Shown: positions 12,571-26,874, counted from the whole stretch's first letter. The stretch is DNA of 63,014 nucleotides, filler included, from Octopus bimaculoides (GCF_001194135.2; 5 parts of 5 records of this genome joined end to end with filler, not necessarily neighbours in it), one strand, 5' to 3'. Notes: generated from the sequence alone by a model not told the origin. Numbers and translations: made by a program.

Positions 12571-14789
12571 CATGCTAATGCAAGACCCACATTAGACTCC
12601 TCACTCGTATAACTATCGAACCAAGGGTTTAACTACGGTCTGTACATAACACTTACTTAGCGTTACCTGCTAGATACCAATTATGTCTTCTAGATACCAA
12701 TACCTCTTATATGATATATAGATATATATATATAAAGTAAAGAAACAGAATATATTTATATGTACATATATGCGTATGTGTGTGTGTGTAATGATTGGTA
12801 GATATTATTGTCGAGTACTGCAATTGTTTTGAAAGCACATCACGTGTATCTGACGTAACATTACGAACGTCTGGTGAGCATTTCCGTGACTCCTGTAGAT
12901 TTTAGTTGAGCAAAACCGGGAGAGCAGAAAAACTTTTAAATAAGTGTAAATATTTGAAATATGTGTGAATAATTGTGCTTTACTGATTACCTTGCACATC
13001 AGATAATGATGTGGCTTCATTTAATTGACCGTATACTCAGTTTTTGTATTGGCTACAAATGTTTTATTATCACGGTAAAGCGTAAGTGGCCTGAATGATG
13101 GGAAGCCAGCGCACAGAAAGCTGTTATCCATTCCTTACATAGTGAAAAATGAGTAAGAAATACTCATATGAGATAACCAGTTACAGAAATAAAAGAGGAA
13201 AAGGAAATAGAATATAGAGGAAAATGATAGTAAGGTATTGATTCAAGTTTGCTTAGATATGTTCGCACAGGAATACACTAGTCTACACACAAAACAGAAG
13301 AGTGAAACTATGTCTATGTATTCCCAGACATATACACGCATATGTTTCAACATACGCGTTGCACACATATACAATTAAAAGTAAGAGAATGAAATATAGA
13401 TACAGGTACGTATATACTTAGTCATTAAATGTAGAAACGAATAAGATCATATGATATTAAAATAGATAATTATTAATTATAACTTTATAAACACACACAA
13501 GCATGATATGCATACACGCATAATTACGCTGGAAGTTAATCAAAGGGAAACCAGAAATAAAGAATCGTGCGATGAAAACCTGAATAGAGATATGTGAAAA
13601 AACGTACGTTATATTCATATTTAGAGATGCATATGTTTTCCTTATTGTGCATAGACGTCATGTGCACGGCAATACAATGATCACCTATTATTATAACCGC
13701 AACGGGGATTCGCGCATTGAATGATTGTTCATTTGATATTGAAAGCAACTGTATTTTCCAATAATTTCCAAATTACTATAAACTACGTGCTACGACCTAA
13801 AACCCATACCAGATTTCGGACGTAAAATTCATACCAGATTTAAAGTCATTACAATCACCCATGTAAACATGACTACACGTAATAATTACATGCTGTTAAG
13901 CAATGTTGTTCATTAGACAATTGTGTAAATGAGAGGGATGGCCATTTCAATTACATACTACTAAAGGGTACACTAGAGGTTGCTTCGTCTGAGATCATTA
14001 CGGCCGTCACAATGTATACATGTAATTTTATTAGGGACAGAGACAGTAAAGTTGTCCTGGCGAGGTTCTCATTCATAAAGATGCAGTGCACTAGACGTAC
14101 AGCACTTTCATGCACGTTTTGTTGAATGAAATGGACCTGGTATTATCATACAGAATGTCAGTTAACTCTCCGATTTAACAATGGTGTTCTAATTTATTGC
14201 ATATTTTAAGGTAGTGTGTACAAGTGCTTCTCTAAAGTTGCCATTGACAATTTTAGTAAACTCCTTTGAATAAGGAGAACGATGGGAAAAACAAGAGAAC
14301 CTCCTTTGTCTAGCATTCCAACTCGCCCTAGGAGTGGCCCTGCATTTCTCGTTTCGAGTAGTGGATTTGGACACATCTCTAGTCCGGGTGCTTCCATATC
14401 AGGAATCCCATTTGGGGTTTTGTAGTCGGTTATAGAATTGGCGAGTTGTTTCTCGTCTATTCATAAAATTAGACTTATAGCAGGTGGTTTATGAATCTTA
14501 CACCCGAGTACAGTTGAGAAGAAAATTTGCATTAAGTGTAGATAGTGTAGTCTGGGTCTCTCGCCCAGAGATGTGGAGCCCGCCGAGTATGGTAGCAATT
14601 ACTATCCCGGGTGGAAGAGCCATGGTTATCGCAAATTGATTATCACATTATACAGATCGCACTATATGGGATGCATTGAGTAATAAATTTCATTGAATAA
14701 TAAATGTGTCATCTGTTTTTTTTTTATTAGCCGTGTTTGTGCTAGAGCCTAACATACTCTCTTAAATCGATCAACAGATTTTTCTATAA

Positions 14790-14830
14790 TATTATTATTA
14801 TTACTATTATTATTATTATTATTATTATTT
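14790..14830. repeat. (ATT)n array, 3' tail of the minus-strand RLE fragment
   Basis: Lies at the 3' end (minus sense) of 14831-15164. Confidence 0.8.
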
Positions 14831-15164
14831 TATGTTTGNNNNNNNNNNTTTCTTGGGGCTCCTGGAGTCTTACATGCGTAGTGGGCTTGCTACCTGCAGC
14901 CTACGGTATCTCATACTTTCCTGATTATTGTGGCTGTGTCAAAGAGGCAAACATTTTGTAACACTCTATTCCAATTTCCCTTATATTCCTCTTCATGCTT
15001 TCTGATACTGTTCCCAAGAGGCCCAACAATAATTGGCTCTATATTCACCTTCATTTTCCATAGCCGGGCTATTTCGTACTTATGAGGTTTGTAGTTATCT
15101 ATCTTTTCGCCTTCCTTCTTCACTATTCGTATGTCAAAGGGACATACAACATCAACTATATAGC
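14831..15164 (-). mobile_element. 5'-truncated RLE retrotransposon (R4/Dong-like): endonuclease C-terminus and 3' UTR
   Basis: Minus translation IVDVVCPFDIRIVKKEGEKIDNY...EIARLWKMKVNIEPIIVGPLG...LQNVCLFDTATIIRKV*, homologous to the ends of the 18.6 kb and 22.2 kb elements; AAT arrays on both sides. Confidence 0.85.
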
Positions 15165-15201
15165 ATTATTATTATTATTATTATTATTAATATTATTATT
15201 A

Positions 15202-15272
<71 letters not shown>
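15165..15272. repeat. (ATT)n array
   Basis: Direct inspection; separates two minus-strand insertions. Confidence 0.95.
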
Positions 15273-15828
15273 GAGTGAGAGATCAGTGCATGCCATCAAA
15301 GTGACACTGGGGTAAAATATACGAAGCCCATTATATCCATCATGACTACCCGTGTGATAAGGGTACACCAGACACATACATCACAACCATATGTGCAGGA
15401 CATGGTGATCTCATAACAAGATAAAAAACGCATGACCTCGCAGGTGGGGTCCAGTTAGAATTTTCTTCACGTCGAATAGCCCATCCCGCTCAAAAGGTCC
15501 CTGAATAAGGTTTGTTTAAGGATGTTGAGCAAAACACCCATGTTTCCTAAGGTGAATTATTCAAACCCCAAATAATTCCTCTCAACACATGGCTATGATG
15601 CGCCCCCACTATTTCATCTCATGATCAGAGATGCACATATTGTCAGCCACCAAGGGGCATGCTCAACTGGTTAAGGTCAAACAACTGACAAGCAAATCTG
15701 TGGTATTAAACAGACTATTTGCTGTAGCCCATCTTTTTATACCAAGACAAAATAATGTACATGATAACACTTCCAATCAATTAACATGAGAAGCCATGAG
15801 AGTCGCTGCCTGGTACTGCATCCGGGCA
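15273..15828 (-). mobile_element. Non-coding AAT-tailed repeat 'X', copy 1 (probable retroposon 3' UTR or SINE-like derivative)
   Basis: Reverse complement of 17720-18169 (shared ttattcagggaccttttgagcgggatg, gagatcaccatgt, ctttgatggcatgcactg); ends ...ctcactc then (AAT)n in minus sense. Confidence 0.85.
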
Positions 15829-15834
15829 TTTGAT

Positions 15835-16005
<171 letters not shown>

Positions 16006-16029
16006 ATTATACATCTGTGTGTAAGACGG

Positions 16030-16160
16030 TGAGCGGGCAGAATTCTTAGCACGACAGGTGAAACGCTTAGCGGTACTTCGTCTGTCCTTACGTTCTGTGT
16101 TCTAATTGCGCCAAAGTTAGCTTTACATTTCATCGTTACGGGTCAGTAAAATAAATAGCA
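16030..16160 (+). mobile_element. SINE family A, 5' two-thirds
   Basis: gagcgggcagaattcttagcacg...gcttagcggtacttcgtctgtc...cgttctgtgttc. Confidence 0.75.
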
Positions 16161-16552
16161 GTCAAGCATGTGGGTTGATATAATTGATTTGAGTACTCCT
16201 GCATAAGAGTATAAAAACTGCACTCCACTGCCAAGCCATGCCGTGCCAGTGTGACAGAGTAGGCTCATTAAATCCATACTATCTCAAGGTCAAAATTCAC
16301 GTCCTCCACATTAGTCTGATGGAACACGATAAGGCCTTCGTCCTATAGATGACGGAACATTAGCAATCCAATCTATATATATATATATATATACACTTGC
16401 TACTTGTTCGCTTCCTCTGAAATTTGAGGAAGTTATGAGGTAATGCACAAGCGCTTAACTCTGTGTGCACTGTATCTTATAGCAGGAAGAGGTGTAAGAT
16501 AATATTATTCATTAGTTTATTTCATATTTACGCTCTCTTTATCTCCTCTCTT

Positions 16553-16610
<58 letters not shown>

Positions 16611-17273
16611 GTTTTATTTACGCGCAGGAAAATACACACATATCAATGCACACGGTTTTGAGTAAAGATCTTCAGAGGAAGATTCTCTATCTAGAATGAC
16701 GTGCCTACTTTGGTAAATATTGTAGATGCTTTTCATATCTTGTACAGTTCATAGATATTTTAACGCTATTTTATGTAACTGTAAATTCGTGATTTGTATT
16801 GCTCACCTAACTCTGTCTTTCGTTGACAATAATATTCTCCCTACTTCTGACAAACAATTAATTTCCCTTCATCTTTATCTTCATTCTGATCGCTGACATC
16901 ACCAATGCTAATCCGTTTACAGCACGTAACTTATTCGTTAATCTATTAGAAGAACGACAGCGTAGGAATGCCTGACAGTATAAATTTCACAGAGTTGAAT
17001 GGCGGTGTAAAATGAACTGTGGGAATGGAAAAAAAAAATGGTGATAATAATGGTATTATTACTGCTTCTGCTGCTGCTAAAGATGTTTATTAGGATTCTG
17101 ATTATTGTCGTTGCGACGGGGATTCTGTTGCTTCTGATGATGAAGACGGTGTTGTTGGATACAACCATGTTGTTGGCCACATGTTGATTTTCATGTGCTG
17201 CGATTTGCTTCTTTTTTAAATTCGACGCTGAAAACATTTATTGAATATCGTGTTATAATTTACTACCACCACC

Positions 17274-17324
<51 letters not shown>

Positions 17325-17343
17325 GCAATAATAATAATAATCA

Positions 17344-17486
17344 TTTCTACTCTAGGCACAACGTCTGATATTTTGGTGGAAGGGACTAGTCGATTACATC
17401 GACCGCAGTGGGCAACTGATAATTTTTGTCAACGAACCCGAATGGATGAAATGCAAAGTCGGCAGAATTTGAACTCAGAACGTACC
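17344..17486 (-). mobile_element. SINE family A, 3' part
   Basis: ttctactctaggcacaa...gtcgattacatcgacc...gaatttgaactcagaacgt. Confidence 0.75.
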
Positions 17487-17551
17487 CGGGTGCCATTGAT
17501 ACTCCTAGGTCTCCATCTTAGTAATGATGATGATGATGCTGATGATAATCG

Positions 17552-17685
17552 TCTCAAAGTTTGCCACAAGGGCAGCCATTTTGGGAGAGGGTGTGTGTCG
17601 ATTACATGGACCCCAGTACTCAACTGGTACTTAATTCATGGACGTCGAAAGGATGAATGGCAAAGTCGACATCGACGGAGGTTGA

Positions 17686-17689
<4 letters not shown>
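17552..17689 (-). mobile_element. SINE family A, 3' part
   Basis: ccacaagggcagcc...gtcgattacatggaccccagtactcaactggtactt...ggcaaagtcgac. Confidence 0.75.
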
Positions 17690-17719
<30 letters not shown>

Positions 17720-17720
<1 letters not shown>

Positions 17721-18169
17721 TTGTTTTGTCTCGGTATATCGATACCACATATTTCCTTGTCAGTTGTTTGACCTTAACCTGTTGAGCAAGTCCAATAGTA
17801 GTTAGCAATATGTGCATCTGTGATAACGAGCAAAAGTAGTCGGGGTGTATAATAGCCATATGTCGTGAGGAATTATTTGGAGTTTGGATAATTCACTTTT
17901 GGAAATATGGGTGTTTTGTCTAATATCTTTAAACAACCCTTATTCAGGGACCTTTTGAGCGGGATGAGCCACTCGACCTGAAGAAAATTCTTCAGCCTGC
18001 AAGGTCAAGCGGTGTTAATCTTGATATGAGATCACCATGTTGCGCACATATGGTTGAGATGCATGTAACTGTTGTACCCTTATAAGATCGATAGTCTTGA
18101 TGGCTATACTGTGCTTCGTATATATTTTACCCCAGAGTCACTTTGATGGCATGCACTGCTCTCTTACTC
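17720..18169 (+). mobile_element. Non-coding AAT-tailed repeat 'X', copy 2 (5'-truncated)
   Basis: Inverted homologue of 15273-15828; (AAT)n on both sides (17689-17719 and 18170-18277). Confidence 0.85.
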
Positions 18170-18199
18170 AATAATAATAAGAAGAATAGCAATAATCAA

Positions 18200-18277
<78 letters not shown>

Positions 18278-18278
<1 letters not shown>

Positions 18279-18425
18279 TGTTAACTGCAAACATAAACAG
18301 ACTGTATATGAAGAGAAAGAATGGTGGAAGAGGATTGATTAGTATAGACCATTGTATAAGGAGATCGTTTGCCGAGTATTTGATAAATAGTGAGGAACAT
18401 CTGCTGCAATATATCGGAACCCATA
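18278..18425 (+). mobile_element. Isolated RT-thumb fragment of an R4/Dong-like element
   Basis: VLTANINRLYMKRKNGGRGLISIDHCIRR; about 80% similar by eye to 21077-21220. Confidence 0.8.
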
Positions 18426-18559
18426 ATATTATTGATAATTTTAAGTGCTATAGGTAGAACGATGGTGATATGATAATCACTGATGTTATGGAGGCGACAC
18501 AATGCGAGCACGTTATTTATATATATGTGTATGTACACACATGTCCACGTCTATATACA

Positions 18560-21500
18560 AGTAAAGAGAGGAAGAGAGAGAAGGGATCTCAATAACAATT
18601 CTCGTGGGAACCCCACGAACGAATCATGGAATCATGACGCAACTCAACAAAGAAAGAATTAACGATGGGAATGAAGCTATAGCAGATCATGGTTTGATTT
18701 TCCACCCGGCATGTCCGAAACCGCCCGCATCAAGAGCAGTGATCTAGCTTCGGATGGTCGTTATGTCACAAAAGATCACGCACACGGTGTGCGCAAAAAC
18801 AGACATAAGTGGACGAAGGAAGAGTACCATACACTTATTGAAAGTCATGAAAGAGCAAATCTGGAAGGAAGTCGCGGAGTAGGCCGAGGTACGTTGAAAT
18901 TTTGGATGGAAAAGTACTTGTGTTCATTGTCAGAAAATAAACTAATGAAACAAGTGAGAGTGATTAGGAGGACCAGTTACTTAACTGGAGTAGAAATAGC
19001 TCGGATTAGTGAGAGTCTCAGAGACTTTACAGATGAGCTACAGAGGATGGTCGGAGTTGAAAACAGAGAGGTAGGAGTTGAATGCAGGGAGGAGAGTAGA
19101 CTGGAGGAACAGGGGTATGGTTATGGGGTCGTTAAGGATGAGGAACAGGAACGTTATACAGTGAACCCTCATACTGTGATGGGTGGACATGCTGGAGAAA
19201 TGAACAAACTAGAATAATGAATTGCTTCAAATTCAAAGACGACTCACCGATTTGACGAATGCTCCAGAAGAAAAAAAAAATTCCCCATGAATATGAGAAG
19301 GGTAGACAGGAGTATGATAAAGAAACTAACACAAAAGTTAAATACTGTCATACCATACACCCGGACGTAGGACATAAAACAAGCAAGAAATCTTCTCCGA
19401 GCTATTTGTTGAGGAGAAAATACGACTTAAGAGAACAAAAATTCTGAAGCAAAAGATCCATGGTGGAAACGACGCAGTGAAAGGGACATAATGCCGGCAA
19501 GGCAAGACATAGGAAACACTGAGCAATGGTTAAGAGGAAATTGGTAAAATGAAAGAAACTGACCGAAAGAAATTAGAGAAGAAATATAAATTACGGACGA
19601 ACAGGTTTGATGAAGTAATAGATCAGTTAAAACAGAGGATCATGGCAAAAGCCAGATCAGAAGATTTGTGAACAGAAATAAGCAGTTGGAGGACAGATTG
19701 TTAAACAATAACTCGAAGCATTTCTTCCTAATGTTTGAAGGAGGGATTGGGAAAAGTGTTGCTCCTGATGCAAATCAAGCCAAGGAGTTCTGGAGCGGAT
19801 TATGAGAAACAATGTGATGCATAAACGGGATGCAATGTGGATAGGAACAGTCAAGACAGAATTGCAAAGAGGAAAGAAACAAAGGAATAATGTCATAAGA
19901 ACAAGTGATGTGAAAGAAGTGGGTAAAGTGTCTAACTGCAAAGCTCCCGGACCAGATGGGATTCATGGCTTCTGGCGGAAGAAATGCCACGCGGTGAATG
20001 AAAGACTAGCAGGCCAATTGAATGAATATGGCCAGAGAGGTACAGTCCCCGCGTCGATGGTGACTAGGACAACACTTGTAATGAAAGATAGAAGAAAGGG
20101 GAATATTGTGGCAAACTACCGTACCATAGCATACCTGAACATAATATGGAAGATATTCACTGGAATGTGTGCGGCAAAGACACACTTTCCTTGCACATGA
20201 AGAAATACTACCAAGGGAACATAAAGGAAGAGTTCTCAGGTTACCAAGGATGATCTCCTAATCGATAAAACAGTTTTGAGGCATTGTAAAAAAATATCAT
20301 ACAAACACGTCTATGGCTTGCATTGACTTTGATATGATGACTCGTTATTGGATCGTTGAATGCCTGCAGACGTTTGGTATTGCTGACAACATCACAATTT
20401 TTTTGATGCATAACATGGAAGAGTGGAAAACGAAAATGTACTCAAGTAATGTATTCCTTGGAGAAGTTAATACTAAAAGGAAAATCTCCCAAGGTGACTC
20501 GTTTTCTCCGTTACATTTTGTAATTACACTAATACCCATAACAATGACACTTAGGAAAGTTAAGATGAGTTACCGATGTGGGAAGAAAGGCCCATCATTG
20601 AACCATCTTCTCTTTATGGATGACCTGAAAGTGTTCAGGAAATCTGAACTGAGAGATTCCTTAACCGAAATTGTCCAGAAGTGTGGCAGGGACATCGTAA
20701 AGTAATTTGGGATTACCAAATGCTCAGTACTTAAGAAAAGAGGGAAGAAAGCAGCCTGCAGAGGATTGTGGATACTATCAGGAGAGCCCGTGACTGAACC
20801 CGACGTTAGTGGGTATAGATATTTATGGATTTCGAGCTGGATGACATTCTGCACAGAGAAATGAAAGTTAAGGTCAGCGAGGCGTATCAAACAAGGGTGA
20901 AGATGGTGTTGAAATCCAACCTGAATGCCAGAAATTTGATTACCGCAATAAATATCTGAGCTGTTATGGTGGTCAGATATAGTGCGTCCATCCTCAAATG
21001 GACAAAGGAGGAAATATCGACAGTGTATAGAAGGAGGAGAAAGTTGATGATGCTGCATGGGGTGCTACACTCGAAAGCAAACGTAAACACACTGTTTATG
21101 AAAAGAAAGAATGGTGGCATATGACTAATTAATCTAGACCAGTGTATAAGGAGTGAAAGGAGAACGTTTGCGAGTATTTGATAAATAGCGATGAAGACCT
21201 GCTGTAATATGCCGCGAAATATATAGGTGTAAATACAGATGAAATAATGGGCAAGGAAGAATTTAATGAAAGAGGTGAGAAGAGAAAAGAAGGCGAGCTT
21301 GAAATGAGAATGTATAAACAGTTTGAAAGGAATACACGACGTTAACGATAATGAAGCATCGTGGGATGGCTTGAGCGAGGTGGTTTCAAGCGTACCACCG
21401 AAAACCTGATCATTGCTGCACAAGACCTGGCTCTCGCCACCAATTCAGTAAAGTATAACATCTATAAAACGTCTGACACCCAGAAATGTAGACTCTGTGT

Positions 21501-22101
21501 ATAGAGTGTGGAAAATGTGACCCACTTGGTAAGTGGATGTGAAAGCCCTGCACAAAAAGAACACAAATGCCAACATGATAAAGAGTGTGTATCTTCATTG
21601 GGTCTTACGTTATAAATACCAATATGAAGAAACAGAGAACAAGTATGAGCATGTGCCAAGTAATATTATGCAGCAGGATAGAAAATGTAACGATAATCTG
21701 GAACTATGATTTTCAGACGGATCGTGTAATTGAACACCGTCGGCCGGATATTGTCATATTGTATAAGTGAAACAAATACTGTCAGATCATTGATGAAGCC
21801 ATACCAAATGACATGAATGTTGTGAAGATGTTGAAAATATCACCAAGTACTCTGAATTGAAAGTAGAAATGGCAAGACTGTGTGGAATGTGAGAGGGTAA
21901 TGTAAAAGTGATGCCAGTGGTGATCCCATTGAAACTTCCAAACTTCTTAAGGCAGATGGAAATCGCATGCAAGATTGTTGTCGTGCAAAAAGCAGCCTTA
22001 TTGGGCACAACGCTAATGTTAAGGAAAGTATTATCTGTCTGAGGTCTTTGTTGTGACTTGACAGGTGTCTAAAGACTCCGGTGTTACGAAGGAATTCATA
22101 A
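18560..22101 (+). mobile_element. Near full-length, decayed R4/Dong-like RLE non-LTR retrotransposon
   Basis: N-terminal RHKWTKEEY...LMKQVRVI, WWKRR, KAPGPDGIHGFW, NYRTIAYLNIIWK, QGDSFSP, LNHLLFMDDLK, zinc finger CRLC...THLVSGC (21487-21540), HRRPDIV, LLGTTLMLRKVL*, short 3' UTR, then (AAT)n. Many stops and frameshifts; 5' boundary approximate. Confidence 0.93.
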
Positions 22102-22226
<125 letters not shown>

Positions 22227-23558
22227 TATCGGTAGAAATTAGGAGGGATATCTTCCAAGGGGACTGCCTGTACCCACTGATCTTTATATTGTGCTTGATA
22301 CCACTAACTCTGATTCAACGGAATACAAAAGCTGGGTATGTATTCAAAAGCTGCCAGGAAAACGTCAACCATTTGTTATTCATGGATGACCTCAAACTTT
22401 ATGGTAAAGATGAAGCCCAAGTCAGTTCCCTCGTTGATACGGTGTATACCTTCAATGCTGATGTAAGAATGGAGTTCGGACTGAGAAATAGTGGTATGTT
22501 AGACTTGAAAAGAGGCAAAAGCAAATGTATGGACGGGCTGACGATACCATCGGGGGAGGTTATGAAGCAGAAAGAAGAGACGGGTTATAAGTACTTGGGG
22601 ATCATGGAAATGGATAAATTGATGGAGAAAGAAATGACAGAAAAATTTAAGGTGGAGTACTTGCGCAGACCAAGACTGATCCTTAAGTCGAAATTAAATG
22701 GACGGAAAAATATGGAAGCTATCAACACTTGGGTGGTTTAACTCCTTAGATATGGAGCAAGGGTACTCGCATGGACAGTAGACGAACTAAACAGCTCAGA
22801 CAGAAAGACAAGGATGTTGCTAACTAGATATGGGTCATTCCACCCAACAATGACACAGACAGACTGTATGTACCAAGAAAAAGAAGGGTAAGTGGACTTA
22901 TTGTATGCGAACACAGCATTAGAGCAAAAGAAAACAACATAGCATGGTATGTAAAAAAATGCCACAGAACCGCTATTATTAGAAGTAGGAAGGACAGGCT
23001 TGTGTAGGATGAAAAATTGCAAAGATAAAGCACTGCACAAGCAATTGAAAACGAATGAAACTGAAAATAGGTGGATAATGAAAAGAATGAACAGACAATT
23101 TCATAGGGATGTTGAAGATGAAACAGACAGAGAAAAAAGATGGCTGTGGATGACTAAAAGTGATTTAAAACCGGAAACGGAGGCTCTAATCTGTGCTGCA
23201 CAAAAACAAGCACTAAGACCATACTACATAAAATACAGAGTAGACAAAACATCAGGAAGAAAGAAATGTCGATATATATGACAGGTTAGCTTGGGAAGTT
23301 AAGCAGTTGTGGTCGATGAAAAAGGTGGTAGTAGTACCAATAATTGTCGGAGCCCTGTGAACAGTGTGTAAATATCTTGAGAAGTATATGGAAGAAATAA
23401 GGACTGCAATAAGGGTGGAGCACTTGCAGAAAACAGCTCTGCTTGGAACCGCTCGAAAACTCCGGAGGTTGCTCGAGAAAGAAATGAGATGCGTTACCTT
23501 AGGTCACTGGTAGTGAACAGCTGACACCGTAGTACATCTCCAGCGTTATTGCAAAAGC
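22227..23558 (+). mobile_element. 5'-truncated R4/Dong-like RLE element (different subfamily) with an internal deletion
   Basis: IFQGDCLYPL, VNHLLFMDDLKLY, YKYLG, LKPETEALICAAQKQAL, KKCR, then a direct jump to ...LQKTALLGTARKLRR, 3' UTR and (AAT)n. Zinc-finger remainder and PD..D catalytic region missing. Confidence 0.9.
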
Positions 23559-23611
<53 letters not shown>

Positions 23612-23703
23612 TAATAATAATAATAATAATAGTAATAATAATAAGAAGAGGAAGAAGAAGAACAACAACAACAACAACTCAAATAATAATAATAATAATA
23701 ATC
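23559..23703. repeat. Compound (AAT)n(AAG)n(AAC)n(AAT)n tail
   Basis: Direct inspection. Confidence 0.9.
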
Positions 23704-24145
23704 GCAGCGATAATAACGTGAGAAGTAAAATAACATAAACACTCGAAAACGTAAATATCAAAGGATAATTTAATGATCAAAATATCATGTGTCACGTCAA
23801 TAGGATTGATGAATAAACGACATTTATCTCTCATATTTAAACTGTCTTCTTCTGATGGATATCAGGATTATTCTCAAAGGAATGTCGATTTTTTGAGAGT
23901 AGATTCTCTTTTTATTTTATGGCAAAGCATCTTTAACGCTATATGATATACGTATGGGATATCATTGATTTACTATCAATAATTGTTATGTAAATTGGTA
24001 AAATATTAATCATCCTTCACCAATCATGGCCCATCCTTGTGTGTGTGTATGTGTGTGAGTGTGAACGTGTGTGTGTTTGTGTGTGTGTGTGCGTGTGTGT
24101 ATGTGTGTGTTTGATTTTTGTGTGTTTGGTGTATTTAGGTGTGGA

Positions 24146-24235
24146 TTTAAGTGAGTCAATATTCCGTCAAAGGAAGACATTGCTAACATTTAAGTGAGTC
24201 ATTATACTGGCAAAGGAAGACGTTGCTAACATTTA
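24146..24235. repeat. 43-bp tandem duplication (2 copies)
   Basis: tttaagtgagtca...caaaggaagac.ttgctaaca repeated at period 43. Confidence 0.8.
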
Positions 24236-25391
24236 TTCGGGCTGTCAAGGCTACGAGTTAACCACTTGGCTTGTTCAAATTAATTTTTTGCAGCAGATAA
24301 ACTGCAAGTACAAACTCTCTCTGTGTTTGTGTGCGCGTGTGTGTGCCTCTATGTGTGTACATAGGCATGCATCTATCTATAAAGGGGTAATTGTAAGAAT
24401 ACATATCATATTTGTATGAAACCGCATTGTATTTAATTAATTGTTTGTATGCTTCTATCAATGACTCGCTGTCTAGTGTTTTGTGTGTTGCACTCACGTT
24501 TGCGAGAAGATGGTTTTTAATTCTGAACCAGGTGATGCATTTTGTTCTTCTGCAAAATACTTCGACGCATGTCTTCCTATGATCAGTTCGACTCCTGCTC
24601 AGGGACTTTCCGTTTGATGGAGAGGATGAGCTAATAATGTACAGCGCGTATATTTAATCAGTATAAGCAACTGCAATTCATTTGTGCAGTTTCCCCAGCA
24701 AGATATTGCAGAACCGTTTTCTTAGGACTACGAGAGACAGCCATCATGAATGGGCAGGTGAAAGTATACTCTTCATATTTGTATGATACTACAAAGTACT
24801 GTATGCGTCTTTTACTAAAAGTGCGTGGCCTTGTGTTTAGGGGGCGTTGCATTCACAACTGTTAGATCGTGGTTTCGTTTTGCGAATCGAGCGCTTCCTT
24901 GTCTTTTTGCGCGAAGCTCTTCATTTCACGTTGCTCTGTGATCTCTCTCCCATCTGACGTATGACACACTGTGCACCTCTACAAGCAATAACGATTTCAT
25001 GGAGGGAGTGAACTAATGTAGAGCAATATAAACAAATCTGTGCTACTTGTTCGGCAAGAAGTGCCGGAATATTCAGTTGTCGTTTACAACAGGTAAATAT
25101 CCTGCCATGTATTTTTAGCATGCTTGACACACAAAGCTTTGAAGTTATTAATGTTGTTGTTTATGCTTAACTCTGATTTAGGCAGGACTTTTTATAATGA
25201 CATCGTTGTCGGTACCGACCAGCGTTTCTTCCACTCATTTGGATTTCATTTTTATTCTCTGCAGTTTAAAGTAAACGATAATGATGTCAATATAGCTTTC
25301 GTACGTCAAATTAAATCATAGTCAACAAAGGTTATACTTAATTAGTTATGATTACCAAGGTATAACGTATAAAAGAGGAATATTTTTGTTA

Positions 25392-25461
<70 letters not shown>
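25392..25461. repeat. (TATC)n microsatellite
   Basis: Direct inspection. Confidence 0.95.
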
Positions 25462-25462
<1 letters not shown>

Positions 25463-25463
25463 G

Positions 25464-25640
25464 CTTTTATTATCTTACTTGTTTCAATCATTTGATTGTG
25501 GCAACGCTTGAGCACCACCTTTTAGTCGAAAAAATCGACCCCTGGACTTATTCTTTGTAAGCCTGGTGCTTATTGTATCGATCTCTTCTGACAAACTGCT
25601 AGATTGCAGAGACGTAAACACACCAGCATCGCTCAAGAAG
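25464..25640 (-). mobile_element. SINE family B, 3' part
   Basis: cttacttgtttcaatcatttga...ttagtcgaaaaaatcgacccctggacttattctttgtaagcc...gtaaacacaccagcatcg; reverse complement of 61680-61866. Confidence 0.8.
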
Positions 25641-25769
25641 GACTTCAGTTTGAACAATTTCATGATGTTTCATATTTAGATGCTTTTATGAAATTCATTC
25701 AGTTGTTAAACAGAAATACATCTTATAATTAAATGGTTTTGATTTACTGTCAAGTGACTTTTTGCCAAA

Positions 25770-25853
<84 letters not shown>

Positions 25854-26874
25854 CATATATCATGTATATACATATATATTCATTTGGTAAAATTGGGGAT
25901 TCGGATAAGGTCGATGACGTGATAGCTTAAGGTGTTTTCTAATATATATTTTCTCTCTAAATAGTGCGTTGACAACTTGTGGCATTTAAGTTATGCCAAA
26001 CAAAGAAAGCTCTTCTAAATATATTAACATATTTTCGCAGCTTTTGAAATATAGGTGGGACAGGGAAATATTTTCCGGATCCTTAAATAATTATAGGAAT
26101 GAGATCATGCCTCAATTTATTAATACCCTCAATGTTTTACGCACTTAATATAATTTTCACCGATAATTTTATTTTGTAAAAATAGAAGAATAAATATTTG
26201 AAAAAATCTATATCTATAAATATATTTAGGTGAAGTTTCTGGAAAAAGTTCTGTAACAAGAAATGAATATACTGCTAAAGGTTAAACATGAGAAAGGGAG
26301 CATGTATTCGTCTATCAATGTTCCATTCGTTTCAGAAAATAAAATACAAAATATCAATAAAGATTTTTCAAGAAATCCTAAGTGAAATAGTTTCTTTCCT
26401 GTTTGATTTGTATATAATACTAATAAAGTTTTTCATCTATCTTTCAGGTAAATCTGCTTGAAATTCAACTTGTTTGCAAAATTGTGACGTGATATGCATA
26501 TAAACGGTAATGTTTAAAGGAGTTATATTTTTCACACCTGTGCATACCTTCACGCACACACACGCGCACACACACACATACACACACACCAATATAAACT
26601 GAGACGTTTTACGACAAAGCAGTGCAGCAGAAAATGATATCTATCTATCTACCTGTCTGTCTGTCCGTCCGTCTGTCTGTCTGTCGGTATGTCTATCTAT
26701 TTATCTATCTATTTGTCTATCTGTCTATCTATCTATTTAACTATCTAACTTGAGTGATATGCATATGCACGTTGATCGGTGCGTATATGTTTTGTATCAA
26801 TATATAAGATACACACACACACACACACACTCACGTATATATATATATGTATGCGTGTGGCCATGTCTGTATGT

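Noticed and set aside
14189-14640. GC-richer island with short ORFs on both strands
   Set aside because: No recognisable domain or consistent splice pair; probably an unidentified TE relic.
24500-25150. Possible Tc1-like transposase relic on minus
   Set aside because: Only vague resemblance (ATPPKHKA versus DNAP.H.A); no TIRs or DDE motifs supportable.
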